A stretch of DNA of 64,000 nucleotides from Scyliorhinus canicula (GCF_902713615.1 NC_052159.1:64208520-64272519), one strand, 5' to 3'; shown: positions 23,151-36,511, counted from the stretch's first letter. The notes: a model not told the origin generated them from the letters alone. Program-made: numbers and translations.

Positions 23151-24875
23151 TCTAACTATTTGCTAAAATGGAGGCATGTTGGCGTGAATCTGAATGAATG
23201 AATTAAGATGGGCTGAATGGGCTTCATCACTTTAGTATCTTATGATGTTGTGAATTGAAATATATTAAAGTTTTCTAAGTGGAAACCAATATGGTTTTAA
23301 AATGGGCAGATCCTAGCGTTCCAATTGTTACATGTCAAAGTGGCGAAGCGTCATATGATCCATAGTGACGTCAGCAGTGAGTGTTTGTCCGGGCTTCAGT
23401 TCTCCATCCTAGATAGTATGAGCACCATTCAGAAATGAAGCATCTCATCATGATTGTAAGAATCCAGAGTATGGGCACCTCCATACCTCTTCTCTTTGCA
23501 GCAAAGATATAACAAAAGAAAAAAACTGGTGATGCGGATTGAAGCAAGAAAACGTACTTGCTGAAATAAAAAAAACATCGACTGAATCGGTGGAGACGGC
23601 ATTGAAAGCAGAGAAGATTCTCAGGACCAAACTCTCAGACATACGGCAGTGAAACAAGCAGCCAGTGCTGAAGGTTTTTAAAAAAAACACCTCGAATCGT
23701 GAATAAAGAAGAACGGCAGTTCGAAAACTTACTTGCCCATTGAAGGGGTAGAGTCTCGATTGTAGAGACCTCCCATGTAGCAAAGCTAAGCTGGCTTTGG
23801 GTACAGGCATTCAGAAGTCTTCCAACTCTGTACAGACCTCTATTCAGGGAAAAAGTCAAGCCATAGCAAAACACAAAGGAAAGAATTCCCTGCTACAGTG
23901 TGGATAAAGGGATTGCTAATGCTGTACATCCAAAAGAATTGGAAGGGAGGACGTTGGTTTAACTATAGACCCTAGGAGACATAATAATAAAATAAACAAA
24001 TAATCTTTATTGTCACAAGTAGGCTTACATTAACACTGCAATGAAGTTACTGTGAAAAACCCCTAGTCACCACATTCAAGCACCTGTTTGGGTACACAGA
24101 GGGCAAATTCAGAACTCTCAGCTGGTACGGGAATTCAACCCACGCTGCTGGCCTTGTTCTACATCAAAAACCAGCTGTCTAGCCCACTGAGCTAAACCAA
24201 CCCCAGATCAGAATTTATGGGAAAAACAGGGATGCATTTGATGTAGACTGGGGGACTTGGAACTCATATGAGGAAAGATTCCAATTGTATCTCAATGTGA
24301 ATCAAGCACAAAAGGACTTAGAGGTCACAACTTTTCTCAGTTTGGTCAAGTGTAAGATTTTTATGTTCTTACAAAATTTAGTTCATCCAGCAAACTGGAC
24401 GATAAGTCCTACATAGAACTGATGAAGATTTTAGAAGGGCATTTCTCACCAACATGTTACTAATTGCGGAAATTTTTAATTTCCATAACTGTACACAGGA
24501 ATAAAGTGAAAGCATTTTACAATTTATAATGACTTTAAGAACATTAGCAAAATAGTGTGAATATGGTGCATCACTTGATGATACTCTCGGTGATAGGCTG
24601 GTTTGGGGATTCCACAGTGAAGCTATTCAGAGGGAGTTGCTTACTGTAAGCGAGTTAACTCTCATCTATGGTGCTAGTAACAAAAGAGGTTTCACAGATC
24701 GGGGCTGGAGTGAAGATGCACAAAATGGATACCACAAGGTATAAGGCTGCAAGGGGACAGCCATGTCACCAATGTACACAGGTTGGACATTCAACGGTTT
24801 AATTCAGGAGTAGAGAAAATAAATGCAAGAATTGTGAAAAACGGACCATTTTGTGAGGCACGTGCTCTCATTAAA

Positions 24876-25181
24876 CATGATAGCACAGTGGTTTGCACTG
24901 TTGCTTCACAGCGTCAGAGACCTGGGTACGATTTCCGGCTTAGGTCACTTTCTGTGTAGACTCTGTGCGTTCTCCCCATGTCTGCATGGGTTTCCTCTGG
25001 GTGCTCTGGTTTCCTCCCACAAGTCCCAAAAGATGTACTTGTTAGATGGATTAGACAGTCTGAATTCTCCCTCTGTATACCCGAATAGGCACCGGAGTGT
25101 GACGACTAGGGGCTTTTCACAGTAACTTTATTGCAGTATTAATGTAAGCCTACTTATGACACTAATAAAGATTATTATTAA
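24876..25181 (+). mobile_element. V-SINE with the third tail type (gcttttcacagtaac...aataaagattatta)
   Basis: V domain followed by the tail otherwise seen on the 9640/16378 SINE family. Confidence 0.85.
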
Positions 25182-25318
25182 AACTTTGACACCAAGGAGG
25201 TGCAAGAAAAAACCTACATCTAAACAGACCAGTTGTGGTTAAAATACTAAATTAGTAGATGAAGTTCAAGACAACTCAGAAGATGACCCACCTCAGCAAC
25301 TGCAGGAGTTCAAACTAG

Positions 25319-26027
25319 GGGCGGGATTCTCCGACCTCCTGTCGGGTCGGAGAATCGCCCGGGGCCAGCGCCAATCCCGCCCCCGCCGTGTCCCGAATTC
25401 TCCACCACCCGAGATTCGGCGGGGGCGGAAATCGCGCCATGCTGGTCGGCTGGCCCCCTGCGGTGATTCTCCGGCCTGCGATGGGCCGAAATCCCGCCGC
25501 TGACAAGTCTCTCCCACCGACGGAAATCAAAACACCTACCTGACCGACGGGATTGGCGGCGCGGGCGGGCGCCGGGGTCCTGGGGGGTCGCAGGCCGATC
25601 TGACCCTGGGGGGTACCCCCACGGTGGCTTGGCACACGATCGGGGCCCACCGATCAGCGGGCGGGCCTGTGCCGTGGGGACACTCAGTTTCTTCCACCTT
25701 TGCCATGGTCTTCACCATGGCGGAGGCGGAACCTCCCCTGCGCATGCGCCGGGGTGAAGTCAACAGCCGCTGACGCTCAGACGCATGCGCAGACCTATGC
25801 CGGCCAGCGAAGTCCTTTCGGCCCCAGCAGGCGTGGCGCCAAAGGCCGTTCACGCCAGCCGGCAGAGCGGGAACCACTCCGGCAAGGGCCTAGCCCCTCA
25901 ATGTGAGGGCTTGGCCCCTAAAGGTGCAGAGACTTCCGCACCTATGGGCGGCCCGATGCCAGAGTGGTTCACGCCACTCCAACACGCCAGGACCCCCTGC
26001 CCCGCCGGGTAGGAGAGAATCCCGACC
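25319..26027. mobile_element. PIF/Harbinger-type MITE, GC-rich
   Basis: TIRs gggcgggattctc / gagaatcccgacc; 3-bp TSD TAG. Confidence 0.9.
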
Positions 26028-26338
26028 TAGGTGTCTTGTTGGGCAATCAACAACATTTTGGGGTATATCCAAAACTTCATGATCATCAAATTAAGATGGA
26101 AGTGGATGAGGGTGCAGCTATATCATTAATGCCTGAGGCAATTTATGACCAAAGTTGAAGCACCTACCATTAAAATCATTGAATGAGATCCCAAGGACGT
26201 ATACAAAAGAGGTTGTACCATTAAAAGGATGCATTGTGGTGAAAACAGAAGATAATGGACGGACGATGGACTTGCCTCTTCACATTGTCCATGGAAATAT
26301 TGCTGCTTAATTTGGTAGAGCATAGCTTACAAACCTTC

Positions 26339-26663
26339 GAATCATAGAATCCCTGCAGTGCAGAAGGAGGCTATTCAGCCCATTGAGTCTGCCTCAATCC
26401 TCTGAAAGAGCATCCCACTCGGCCCACTCCCTCGTCCTATTCCCGTAACCTCACCTAATCATTGGACACGGAGAGGCAATTTTGCAGAGCCAATCCACCT
26501 AATTTACGCATCTTTGGATTGTCGGAGGAAACCAGAGCACCCGGAGGAAACCCATGCAGACATGGGGAGAATTTACAAACTCCACACAGTGACCCAAGGT
26601 CAGAATCAAACCCAGGTCTCTGACACTCTGAAGTAGCAATGCTAACCATGTGCCGCTGTGCCG
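26339..26663 (-). mobile_element. V-SINE
   Basis: V domain and CR1-type tail on the reverse strand. Confidence 0.85.
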
Positions 26664-28302
26664 TCCAGTTTTTAAAAATTAGATCCCTTCCCAAAAAACT
26701 CAACTGAGGAGCCGTAAATCAATTAGTGGAGTTCAAAAACAACCTACAACATCTCCTGGAGAAGTATGAAAAAACGTTTGAAGGTTCACTAGGATCCATG
26801 ACCAAGGCTGAAGCACAATTAAAGGTCAAGCCAAACAATACACCAAAATGTCTCAAAGCTGGAACAGTATCATACGCTATCAGGCCAAATGTCGAAGAAG
26901 AACTAGGCAGGCTTGCTCAAACAGGAGTCATTGAACCAGTTGCTACAAGTGAATGGGCAACATAAATAGTTCTTGTATTGAAACATCATGGCTCAAGTGA
27001 GAATATGTGGGGACATTAAAACAACTATTAACCCGATATTGTGCACAGATCACTATCCAGTGCCACTGATTGAAGGTTTGTTGGCTGGACAGAAAATCAG
27101 TAACATTGATTTATCACAGATGTATTTACAAATAAATATGGCTGCAAAATGGGGGAGCAGCAGCCAATTGGATAATGTGACCAGAGCCAGGACTGAGACT
27201 GAGAGCGGCTGAAGCCTGTCAGCCAGCCAGGAGCACACGTGGCCGTCGAGGCTTAGCCACCCAGCGAAAGGTGTGAGCAGTCGAGAGGTACGAGAGCCTG
27301 GTAGGCACCAGTATCATGGTTTTTTGGGGAGCAGTGGGTCCACTCGACCAGAGGCCAGTGTTGAGAGTGACAGGGCTGGCTGGCAGCCGATAGCGTTTTG
27401 GAATATCGCCTTGGAATTCACTTATTCTTAATTCAACACAAGGTCCAGTTGCTACTGTCTGCAAAGTGACATGCCATCCATTTCCGTGAATTCTCTGATT
27501 TGGGATTCTGCAGGGAAAGATTTAATGGAGCATTCTATCTTGACACTTTGATAAAGATTTTGTGTCAAGGAGTGATGATTTCTATGTGGAGTCGATTTGC
27601 AGTTCATTTCTGCCGGGGATTAACTACCCCAGGCTTTAGAGGTGGTTTTGTTATCCTGAGAGGTGACGGAGGACCCAATTTTTGAACCGGTCAGGAAAAC
27701 CATTCCTGATCCAGCATGTTTAATGTTGGCCATTCGATCTTTGACCGGTGATTGTATTGCTTTGAATTCACACTGGGCTTGTAAAGGCCACCGATTTTCA
27801 AATTGACTCTGTTCCTTGCAGTTCAATGGGGAATTTCAATTGTTGTCCTTCGCCCAGAAACTCCACTATTCCAAAAGCAAGGGGAATTTTCTCTTTCTGG
27901 GGCTTGTCCAAGAATTTTGCCATTTGAGCGTTAAAGCCAGATTTTATTTCCAGGCAGTCAACAGGAAATTCTTGTATCATTTCCGTTCCTGTTTCTCCCC
28001 CAACAAACAATCCATCCTCTTGCGAATCGAGATCCATTTCCATTTGGCATTCCTCAAGTTTGCAGTTGGATGGGGATTCCCATAGTTTTGTTTCTGCTGG
28101 GTGCTCCACTACGTCAGCGCTCACCAAATGATGTTCAACTGTTGTGGACCCAGCTTGAGAGTCAATAATAGGCGGCTCAGTCCACTTGGACCTTTCAACT
28201 GGAAGGTTTGTTTTTGAAAGATTGAAAGAAAGGGAATAATTTTGGTTTGAATGCACATATTCTCTTTGCATGATGACACAGTGGGGGTGTATTTGTGTCA
28301 TG

Positions 28303-29018
28303 GGGCGGAATTCTCCGACCCCCCGCAGCGTCGTAGAATCTCACGGCCCCGCCGTGGCCGGAATTCTCCGCCACCCGGGAATCTGCAGGGGCAGGAATCA
28401 TGCCGCGCCAGTCGGCGGGCTCCCCGCGCCGGTCGGTGGGCCCCCCGCGGCGATTCTCCGGCCCGCGATGGGCCGAAGTCCCGCCGCTGTCAGACCTCTC
28501 CCGCCGACATGGTTTAAACCACCTCTGGTGCTAGCGGGAGCAGGCGGCGCGAGCGGGCCCCGGGGTCCTGGGGGTGGCGCGCGCGGGGTGATCTGACCCC
28601 GGGGGGTGCCCCCACAGTGGCCTGGCCCGCGATCGGGGCCTATCGATTGGCGGGCGGACCTGTGCTGAGGGGGCACTCTTTTTCTTCCGCCGCTGCCACG
28701 GCCTCCACCATGGCGGAGGCGGAGGAGACCCCCTCCACCGCGCATGCGCCGGGGTGACGTCAGCAGCTGCTGACGCTCCGGCGCAATGCGCGGACTCATG
28801 CCGACTGCCGAAAGCCTTTTGCCCATCCTTGGCGTCGGTCGGCGGGGTGCCAAAGGCTGTTGGCGCCAGTCGGCGGAGCGGGAGCCACTCCGGCACGGGC
28901 CTAGCCCTTAAAGGTGCGGAGAATTCCGCACCTGTGGGGAGGCCCGACGCCGGAGTGGTTCTCGCCACTCCGGTATGCCAGGACCCCCCGCCCCGCCAGA
29001 TAGGGGAGAATCCTGGCC
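28303..29018. mobile_element. PIF/Harbinger-type MITE (same family as 25319)
   Basis: TIRs gggcggaattctcc / ggagaatcctggcc; 3-bp TSD ATG; colinear with 25319-26027. Confidence 0.92.
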
Positions 29019-29749
29019 ATGGTGTTTTGAAACCTTACTGAATTTGTCGATGCTTCTGTTCTGCATTTTGGAGGCCAGCACTTCTTCTGCCGCTCTGTTA
29101 GATTTCTGGGCATGTGTAGTTTCTGCGTTTTTTCTGAGCTGCCTCTTGATATCTGTACTTGACACACCTTTACAGAATTGTTCGCCAACGGGACTCCCCC
29201 CTGAATTTTTAGTGGCAGCAGCCAATCTAATGGCTACTCAGGCAGCTTAGCAAGCTCAGCAGCACCACCAGGAACAATGGCCATTGCTCACGCAGGCCAG
29301 AGGCCTGCAACCTTCAGTGGATAAGATAAAAAGAAATCTTTTAAAAATTGAAAAGCTGAATGCAGGAGGGAAAACTCCTCCAGAGGATATTGTTGGGGCT
29401 GCCGGGGCTGCATTTGCTTGCCCCCACAACTCCCTTTTCTTAAAAACAAAACCTTCCTCTGGCATGCCGCTGGGAGGTTGTCTCAATTTAGCAGGGGGTC
29501 TCGACACATGGCAGGGGGGAATCAATCCGCTATCGGCAAAATGCCACCAGCATGATCAAATCACCCTTAAAAGGGCCTTCACTTATCTACGTTGGCATCC
29601 AGCTCCTTGGGGCGGGCAGCCAGTCCCATTCTGACCCATATGGCGGGAAGTCGATCTGACACAGGTCCCCATAATTTTAAGGCCACTCTCCACCTCTTAG
29701 TGGTTGGTAGAATTCGGTCCAAAATTTGTAACAGAAATTTTTTTTAAAC

Positions 29750-30190
29750 CCTGCACTTAGAAAGTGCATTCCACAACCTCAGGACATCCCAAAGTGCTTT
29801 GCAGCCAATGGGGTATTTTTGGAGCCGATAGTCACACTCATAATGTAAGGAATGTGGCAATCAATTTACACACAGCAAGTTCCCACAAACAGCAATGAGA
29901 TTATGACCGGATCATTTGTTTTTTACACTGGTGTTCACTGAGGGATAAACACTTGCCAGGACATTGAGGATTTTATTTGAACCAGAGCCATGCGATCTTT
30001 TACATCCTCCTGACAGAAAGCAAGTGAAACCTCAATTTAACATCCCATCTGAAAGAGTCCCTCCGACAGTGCAGTAGTTCCTCAGTACCACCTGAAGTTT
30101 CACATTTTTGTGTTCATGTTTCTGGTATGGGAGCTGAATCCATCAGCTTCAAACTCATGGGTGAGGTGCTGCCAACTGAGGCTCAGTTGA
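29750..30190 (-). mobile_element. Deu-SINE
   Basis: cacaacctcaggacatcccaaagtgctttgcagccaatg...cagcaagttcccacaaacagcaatg is the reverse of the Deu domain and tail. Confidence 0.8.
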
Positions 30191-30223
30191 CACACAGACC
30201 TACTCAATGAAATGTAATACCAT

Positions 30224-30800
30224 GGGCTGGATTCTCCACTGTCGCGATTCTCCGTTGCGCCTGATGTGTTCGGCGGATTGGTTTGACATTGACTGCAACT
30301 GGATGTAGGGAAGCTAGAAACAGATGTCTGACACCGGAGATGATCCAACACTGTTTTATTTAACTAGTGGACTGCTGTACATGTCCAGCTGTGGGTTGAC
30401 ACTCTACTAATCCTACTGACGACCTCTTACTGGCTCGACCAGACCTACTAGCTACCACATGGCAATAATGTCCACTGACTTGTGCACTCTGACTGTCTCA
30501 GTGTCTGGGTCCCGACAAAAGCGGGAGTCTTAATGCCCTGTGAGCTTTATAGTGGTGGTGTCTTGCCTGGTGATTGGTTGTTCTGTGTTGTGTGTTCATT
30601 GGTCATCCTATGTGTCAATCACTGCCTGTCTGCATCTCATTATATACGAGTGGATATTATGACAGCGCCAACAGCCCGGAGATTTCCCGACGGCATGTGG
30701 CTGCCCACAATGGGAAACCCCATTGGCCGGCTGGCGAGACAGAGAATCAGGGGGTGCGCTGCACCGGAAATCTGGTGCAGTGGGCCGGAGAAACCCGCTC
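30224..30800. mobile_element. Short Harbinger-type MITE hosting a solo LTR
   Basis: TIRs gggctggattctcc / ggagaaacccgctc; related to 11570-11695 and 42929-43143. Confidence 0.75.
30262..30664 (-). mobile_element. Solo LTR
   Basis: TG...CA; perfect 5-bp TSD GCGCC; TATA-like and AATAAA motifs on the minus strand. Confidence 0.9.
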
Positions 30801-30839
30801 CTTTTCTTAATCATTGAAGGAAAAATAGAGGGCATACTT

Positions 30840-31067
30840 TTTAAAAAAAATAAATTTAGAGTACCCAATTATTTTTTCCAATTAAGGGGCAATTTAGCGT
30901 GTCCAATCCACCTATCCTGCACATCTTTTGGGCTGTGGGGATGAAACCCACGCAGACACGGGGAGGATGTGCAAACTCCTCACGGACAGTGACCCAGAGC
31001 CGGGATTCGAACCCGGGTCCTCAGCGCCGTAGGCAGCAATGCTAACCACTGTGCCACCGTGATGCCC
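30840..31067 (-). mobile_element. Short V-SINE with a perfect 16-bp TSD
   Basis: TSD aatagagggcatactt at 30824-30839 and 31068-31083. Confidence 0.95.
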
Positions 31068-32694
31068 AATAGAGGGCATACTTAATCAGTAATGAAATAA
31101 CTGCTCAGGATCAAAGTGATGAAGCAGGTTCATGTCTGATCAAATGTAGCCTTTACAGAAACAGGAATTAACAAAACAAAGGATACTCAAATAAAATACT
31201 GCGAATAGTGGAAATCTGAAGCGGAAAAAGAAGACACTATAAATGCTCAGTAGGTCTGGCAGCATCTGTAGAGAGAGAAACAGAGTTAGAGGGCGGGACA
31301 TAATCAGCCCAGCTGGGGTCTCACCCATGGTCGGAGAATCAGCGAGAACCCCTGTCAGTTCTCCACGGGGGAAGCCTGATCTCTGCCGTGCTTCCTCTGG
31401 GATTCATGATCCCAAGAGCAGAGGTCTTGCTCGCTCAGAGCTGCCAGCCAGTGAGAGGCAGCTTCCAACAATGTAGCTACTTGAGAGTCAGGATCTCCGA
31501 GGGACCCCAGGCCTTTATAAGTGAGGGTGGGATGGGATCATGGGGGTTGGGGGGAGGGATGCAGTGTTGGAGGCAAGGGGAACGTGGTGACTTTCAGTGG
31601 GACACCTTTCCCAATGCCAGGTGCCTCAATTGGGCACAGTGTCTGATAGCGAGGGACCCCACTAGGAGGCCACTTTACCAGAGGCTTTCAGGAGCCACCA
31701 CTGAGTTTGCAGTGGGCTCAGAGATGATGGTGTCATTAATGAGCCTACTTAACATTCTGGCACCAGTGACCAGGAATCCTGTTTCAGCCCTTTCCATCCT
31801 CTTATTCGATCGGGGGGGATGTTTTCTGAGGCCTCTCCCACCATGAAATGGGCCCACTTGCCATGGTACCCTGTGTGACGGGCTGGATGAATTTGCATTC
31901 AGTGTTTCAGGTCAATGGCCTCTCATCAGAAATAATAATATAGTCTAGTGACTGGCATGCTCATGCTAGTTTGGATGTGTCTTACATTTAGTTCTAGTCA
32001 GTAAGGAAAATGTTCAATTTCGAAAAGTGATGCGGAGAAGGGCCAGAAAACGAATAGTTAATAGAGGATTGAGTTCGGAAGAAAGTTCAGAAAAGCGAGC
32101 AACTCCTCATTTTTGATTGAAAATAGATCTTACGGAAGTATACAACTTACATGGAATTAGAAATGTTAATCGTGAGCGTTTGATGCCAAACCATTTCTTC
32201 CTGGCAAAGGGACAATTGGAGAGGCTGGTAGAGGGCAACTTCAGGACTGATAACAAGAAGCACTTTCTTAAACAATACTTGGAAAGATTTTCCAAGTACC
32301 ATTATGATGGCAAAAGTTCTCGAGTCACATAAAAGATTGTTAGATGTTCTAATGATCTGTGGCAAGATGAGATAAGAGTAAAAGATAGGTAAATATGATT
32401 AGGAATATTAGCTCACTTAAAGAGTAAACATCAACATTGACTAGTTAGGCCTGATGAACAGCAATGGGTAAAACCTTACCATATGTTTTCAGTGTCGCTT
32501 CCGATGAGAAAACTGGAAAGAATTCCATTGGCACCAACGGGAAAACTCACTGAATATTCAGCCTCTTAGGATCTTTTTTCCACGTGATTCATGTTGCGTT
32601 CATGACAGCTTGCCTCCTGAGAAAACGTAATCCCTGTAATCAGTGGAGCACCCCTTTTAAATGCCTCCTCAGCACTTGTTCCAAGACCAGTCAG

Positions 32695-34430
32695 GGGCTA
32701 GCTGCCTGGAAGACAGCACCAAGATTCACAGAGGAAGCCCTCACCAAAGTCCTGGATGGTATGGAGCTGAGGCGTGACATCCTCTACCCATGATTTTGCA
32801 GATGTCCATCAAGCAGGGTCACCACCCCTGCCTGGGAGGCAGTGGCTACAATAGTAAGTGCCAGCTTGCTCTATAAGAGGATGGGGCAACAGTGCCAGAA
32901 GAAAATTAATGATGTTATTTGTGCAGTCAGGGTGAGTTTGCCTCCTGATGTCTCCCGCTGGACCCTTTCACACACCATCACACTGTGATCACTCACCCAG
33001 CCACCTCACGGGTTCCCAACACATTTCATGGCGCTCTCCCCCACCCACTCCCATGGACCCCAAGTAGAAAGTCTACTCGTCACATCCCAGCTCCCACTCA
33101 TGACCCACACATGCCAGCCTTCATCACCATGTGACCTGGCAGGGTTCCCGCCTATACTCTGTCATGTGCCTCATTGCAGGACAAACACAAGCACAACCAA
33201 TGTGAGCGAGGACAGCCTGCCGGAGTCATGCCCGAGCTGAGAACCCTTACATCCTATGAGGAGAGAGTCCATTTGCTGGCAGGCGAGGAGCAGGACTGTA
33301 CCTGTGCAGAGGGCGAGATGAGGGCACCAGACGAAAGTGAGAACTGTCAAGACATGCAGCCACGTTGCAAACCTCACGTGAGGTAACTTTCTCCCATCAT
33401 TCATCCCCCTTGATGCACTAATGCCATTTCGCTTCCCTTGCAGACCAATCATTCGACCAGCCCAAACCATTATCACGCTCTCTGGAGACCACAGACCAGA
33501 GCAACTCCGAGGGAGACATCTTGGAGACAAACATCGGGGAGGTGTCACAGCTGTCACCCACACCTTCAACCAGTGCAGATACTCACACCTCAGTGGGAAT
33601 AACTAGTCAGCAGGATTTTGGCTCACTCATTGGTGAGATGAGCACCTCACAGCTGAAAATCCACAGCAGTTGGAGGAAGGAACATCACAGGGATGCTGGA
33701 TTCCAGGACTCTGTTGAGCCTCTGGCCAATGACTGCTCCTGGGTGTGGTCATCCCAGAGTTGCTGGAGCTACAAAGGCAGAATCACGAGCTACAGGAAGG
33801 GATGAGCATTCCTTCTCAGACTGCAAGGCTGTGTGCCGGAGTCCCATCGCGTTCTGTCCGAGGAGACGGTGCCATCATTCCCACACAAGGAGGCCAACAT
33901 TGCAAGGGTGGCGTCCGCAGTGGAGACTTTGACAGAGGATGTGCACGCCATGGCAGAGGATGTCTGCTCCATGGTTCAGCTCATATATTCCATGGTTGAG
34001 GTCATGAGCTCCATGGTGCAGGGTTTCAACCACATGGTGCAGGCACCAGTGGGAATCCAAATTTTTCAGCGCCAGAGGACGGTGGGGCTCCTGGATCTCA
34101 CTCCAGCTGCCTCTCTATCCAACGGAGGAGTCCAGGGTTCCCGTGCACCCGAAGAGGAATGGATAAAGAGGATTATGGCTTGTGGCCTTCCACCCAGGAG
34201 TCTTTGGGGCGTCCAGCCCATCTGACAGCCCCCTCCCCAGGGGGGCAGCACTGCAACACCTGTACACCCCAAAACTAGGTCTGCAGCCACAAGGTTCAGG
34301 CGCCCCTGCCAAGATCATCTCAGGCAATGGAGCGTGAGATTCAGTAGGCCGCCTCTACCTGAGCTGTGGATCCTCGGAGTGCACCTAGACATAGCAGGAG
34401 GTTGAAGAAGAATAAGAAACTTGGGCATCT
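32695..34430 (+). pseudogene. Harbinger Myb/SANT-like DNA-binding protein gene (spliced, decayed)
   Basis: TAPRFTEEALTKVLDGMELRRDILYP...AWEAVATIVSA...QCQKKINDV; donor at 32932, acceptor at 33179; exon 2 DKHKHNQCERGQPAGVMPELRTLTSYEERVHLLAG; later coiled-coil segment. Confidence 0.85.
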
Positions 34431-34738
34431 AGTGGGTACGATGCCGTAGGCACCAGTAGAAATAAGTCACTATTGTAACATCTCACTTGTATTAAAAATC
34501 ACTTTGTTCACCCATATGGATCTCCACGCTGGCATGTCATGGCATGGCACATTCCGCAAATCCCTGCACACACTCAGCGCTTCATCCATGTGGAGTGTGA
34601 GAATGGCAGCCCTTTGTCTCTCTCCCCCCCACCCCCCAATGCTCAGGCTTCTCCTGTCTGCCAGTATTCACCAATGATAAGGATGCCAAAGGCTGAAAAC
34701 ATGTTAACAGTCTGTCCACCTCATACATAGGTGGAGAA

Positions 34739-34915
34739 GGGCAGCAACGTGGCGCAGTGGTTAGCACTGAGACTATGGCACTGAGGACCCAGGTTTGAAT
34801 CCCGGCTCTGGGTTACTGTCCGTGTGGCGTTTGCACATTCTCCCTGTGCCTGCGCCGCGCTAAATTGCCCCTTAATTGGAAAAAAATAATTGGGTACTCT
34901 AAATGTATTTGAAAA
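34739..34915 (+). mobile_element. Short V-SINE with an approximately 16-bp degenerate TSD
   Basis: Flanks atacataggtggagaa / atacataggtcgggaa. Confidence 0.85.
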
Positions 34916-35239
34916 AATACATAGGTCGGGAAAAACACGAGAGCTCCTGACTTCAATGAGGGCAGTAGCAGTTGAGATTTATCATCCAGCATCTTTGGAC
35001 CCCATGAGAAGCCCATTCATTGGCAGGTTGTATTCAGCTCTGTCAGGCAGGAGTCAGACACATCCTGAGGATGAGAGAAACATTGCTCTGTCCTCACCGC
35101 AAGTCATCATCACTCTCCTGCAGTGTCCAGCAAATCACTTGAGTGCCCTGCCCATGAATGTAGCCACCATGGCAATAGCCTCCCACAGACACTTCAGTAG
35201 GGAATGGATGTCAGACTCCATGGGAGAGGTGTTCACAAC

Positions 35240-36367
35240 CTAGTCCTGGATGTCACCAAATCGAGAGTCAACGAGGGCATCCTGTGACCTTCGCCCAACA
35301 TGGAACTTGCCATCGCCCGAGGCCCTTCCTCCTCCTCCATGGGTTTGCTCTCATCACCCTCCTTGAGATCCTTCCCATCTGAGGAGGTGAAGCACTCTTC
35401 CATGTCCTCCTAGTCCAGGTAATACCCCCGTTGCAGTGCCAAGTTGTGCAGCTCACAGCAGACCACTCTGAGGGCTGTACTGAAGGGTTACCCCTGACCG
35501 GTCCAGACATCGAAACCGCATCTTGAGCAGTCCAATTGTCTGCTCAACTAGCACATGTGCTGATGCATGCGCCTTGTTATAACGACTGTCAGTGGGTGCT
35601 TGTGACCTCTGCACTGGTGTCATCAGCCACCTTCTGCTTGATTACCCTTTGTTTCCGATAAGCTATCCCTCCAGCCACTACCCTCCCTCAAAAATGGCAG
35701 GGATCTGCGAGGGCCTCAAGATGTAACTATCATAGATGCTCTCTGGGAAATGGGAACCCACCTGCATGATGCACATTGCGAGAATCTAGACATTGAGGGA
35801 GTGGAATCCGTCTTGATTAAAAATGGCTCTCTGTGCCGCCATGGGGACGCAGAACCTCATGAGTGCTATTTGGGCAAATCACATGGCCCTGGTGTCCTGG
35901 CTTACCTGGTCCTAATCCAAGTTGATGGACTTGTAGATTCTCGCAAATACTACACCTGTAACCTCCCTAATACACTTGTGCAAGGCAGGTCACCCATGCA
36001 GACCTGAAACGAGTCACTGGCATAGAAATTCAGAGTGGCAATAACTTCCAGGGCCACAGACAATGGGTGACCTCCCAGTCTATGTGGTGCCAACTGTTGC
36101 ATCACCTGGCACAGATGGCCCACTGTCCTCTGGGACAAATGCAGTCTCCTCCGGCACTGGTTCTCTGACATCTCAGGCCGGAGGTCCTACACACAATTCC
36201 CATGGCTCCTCTGAGGCTCTGTCATCCATGGCCTGCTCGCTGAAGATCATTGGACCCTGACACCCCTCCTCTGCAGGGCACTGGTCCTGGCCACATTCAG
36301 CAGCATGCTGACGTTGCTGTTCCTGGTCAATCACAAGAAATATAATTTCAAGCTCAAGTGGCTCCAT
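35240..36367 (-). pseudogene. Harbinger (HARBI1-like, DDE_Tnp_4) transposase, disrupted
   Basis: MSENQCRRRLHLS...LNFYASDSFQ; WLMTPV...RYNKAHASAHVLVEQTIGLLKMRFRCLDRSG; ELHNLALQRG. Confidence 0.92.
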
Positions 36368-36390
36368 GATTCTCCTGAATCAGAAACTGA

Positions 36391-36511
36391 CTCACCTGAG
36401 GAAGGGGCAGTGCTCCAAAAGCTAGTGATTTGAAACAAACCTGTTGGACTTTAACCGGGTGTTGTGAGACTTCTTAATGTGCCCACCCCAGTCCAGCGCC
36501 GGCATCTCCAC
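36391..36511 (+). mobile_element. Penelope-like 3' terminal fragment with a hammerhead-like core
   Basis: CTGAGGA-a-ggggc-agt-gctcc-AAAA; 12-bp TSD atcagaaactga / atcaaaaactga; its last 23 bp recur at about 55128-55150. Confidence 0.7.

Larger units (their letters stand above)
24215..27150 (+). pseudogene. Decayed Gypsy gag-pro-RT, interrupted by SINEs and a MITE
   Basis: Gag WNSYEERFQLYL; zinc knuckle CHQCTQVGH; protease IKMEVDEGAAISLM; RT GVIEPVATSEWAT, VRICGDIKTTINP and IDLSQMYLQ; multiple stops and frameshifts. Confidence 0.88.

Noticed and set aside
23327-23890. 5' LTR and PBS of the decayed Gypsy at 24215
   Set aside because: A TG start, AATAAA and a PBS-like tggagacgg are present, but no CA end, partner LTR or TSD could be found.
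25293-29041. Many overlapping Arg/Pro/Gly-rich ORFs (also 48150-48990, 52469-53044, 63283-63726)
   Set aside because: Stop-poor GC-rich MITE sequence bounded by TIRs and TSDs.
35240-36367. Domesticated HARBI1 host gene nested in PDGFD
   Set aside because: Multiple frameshifts and stops, and it is paired with a decayed Myb gene as in a transposon.
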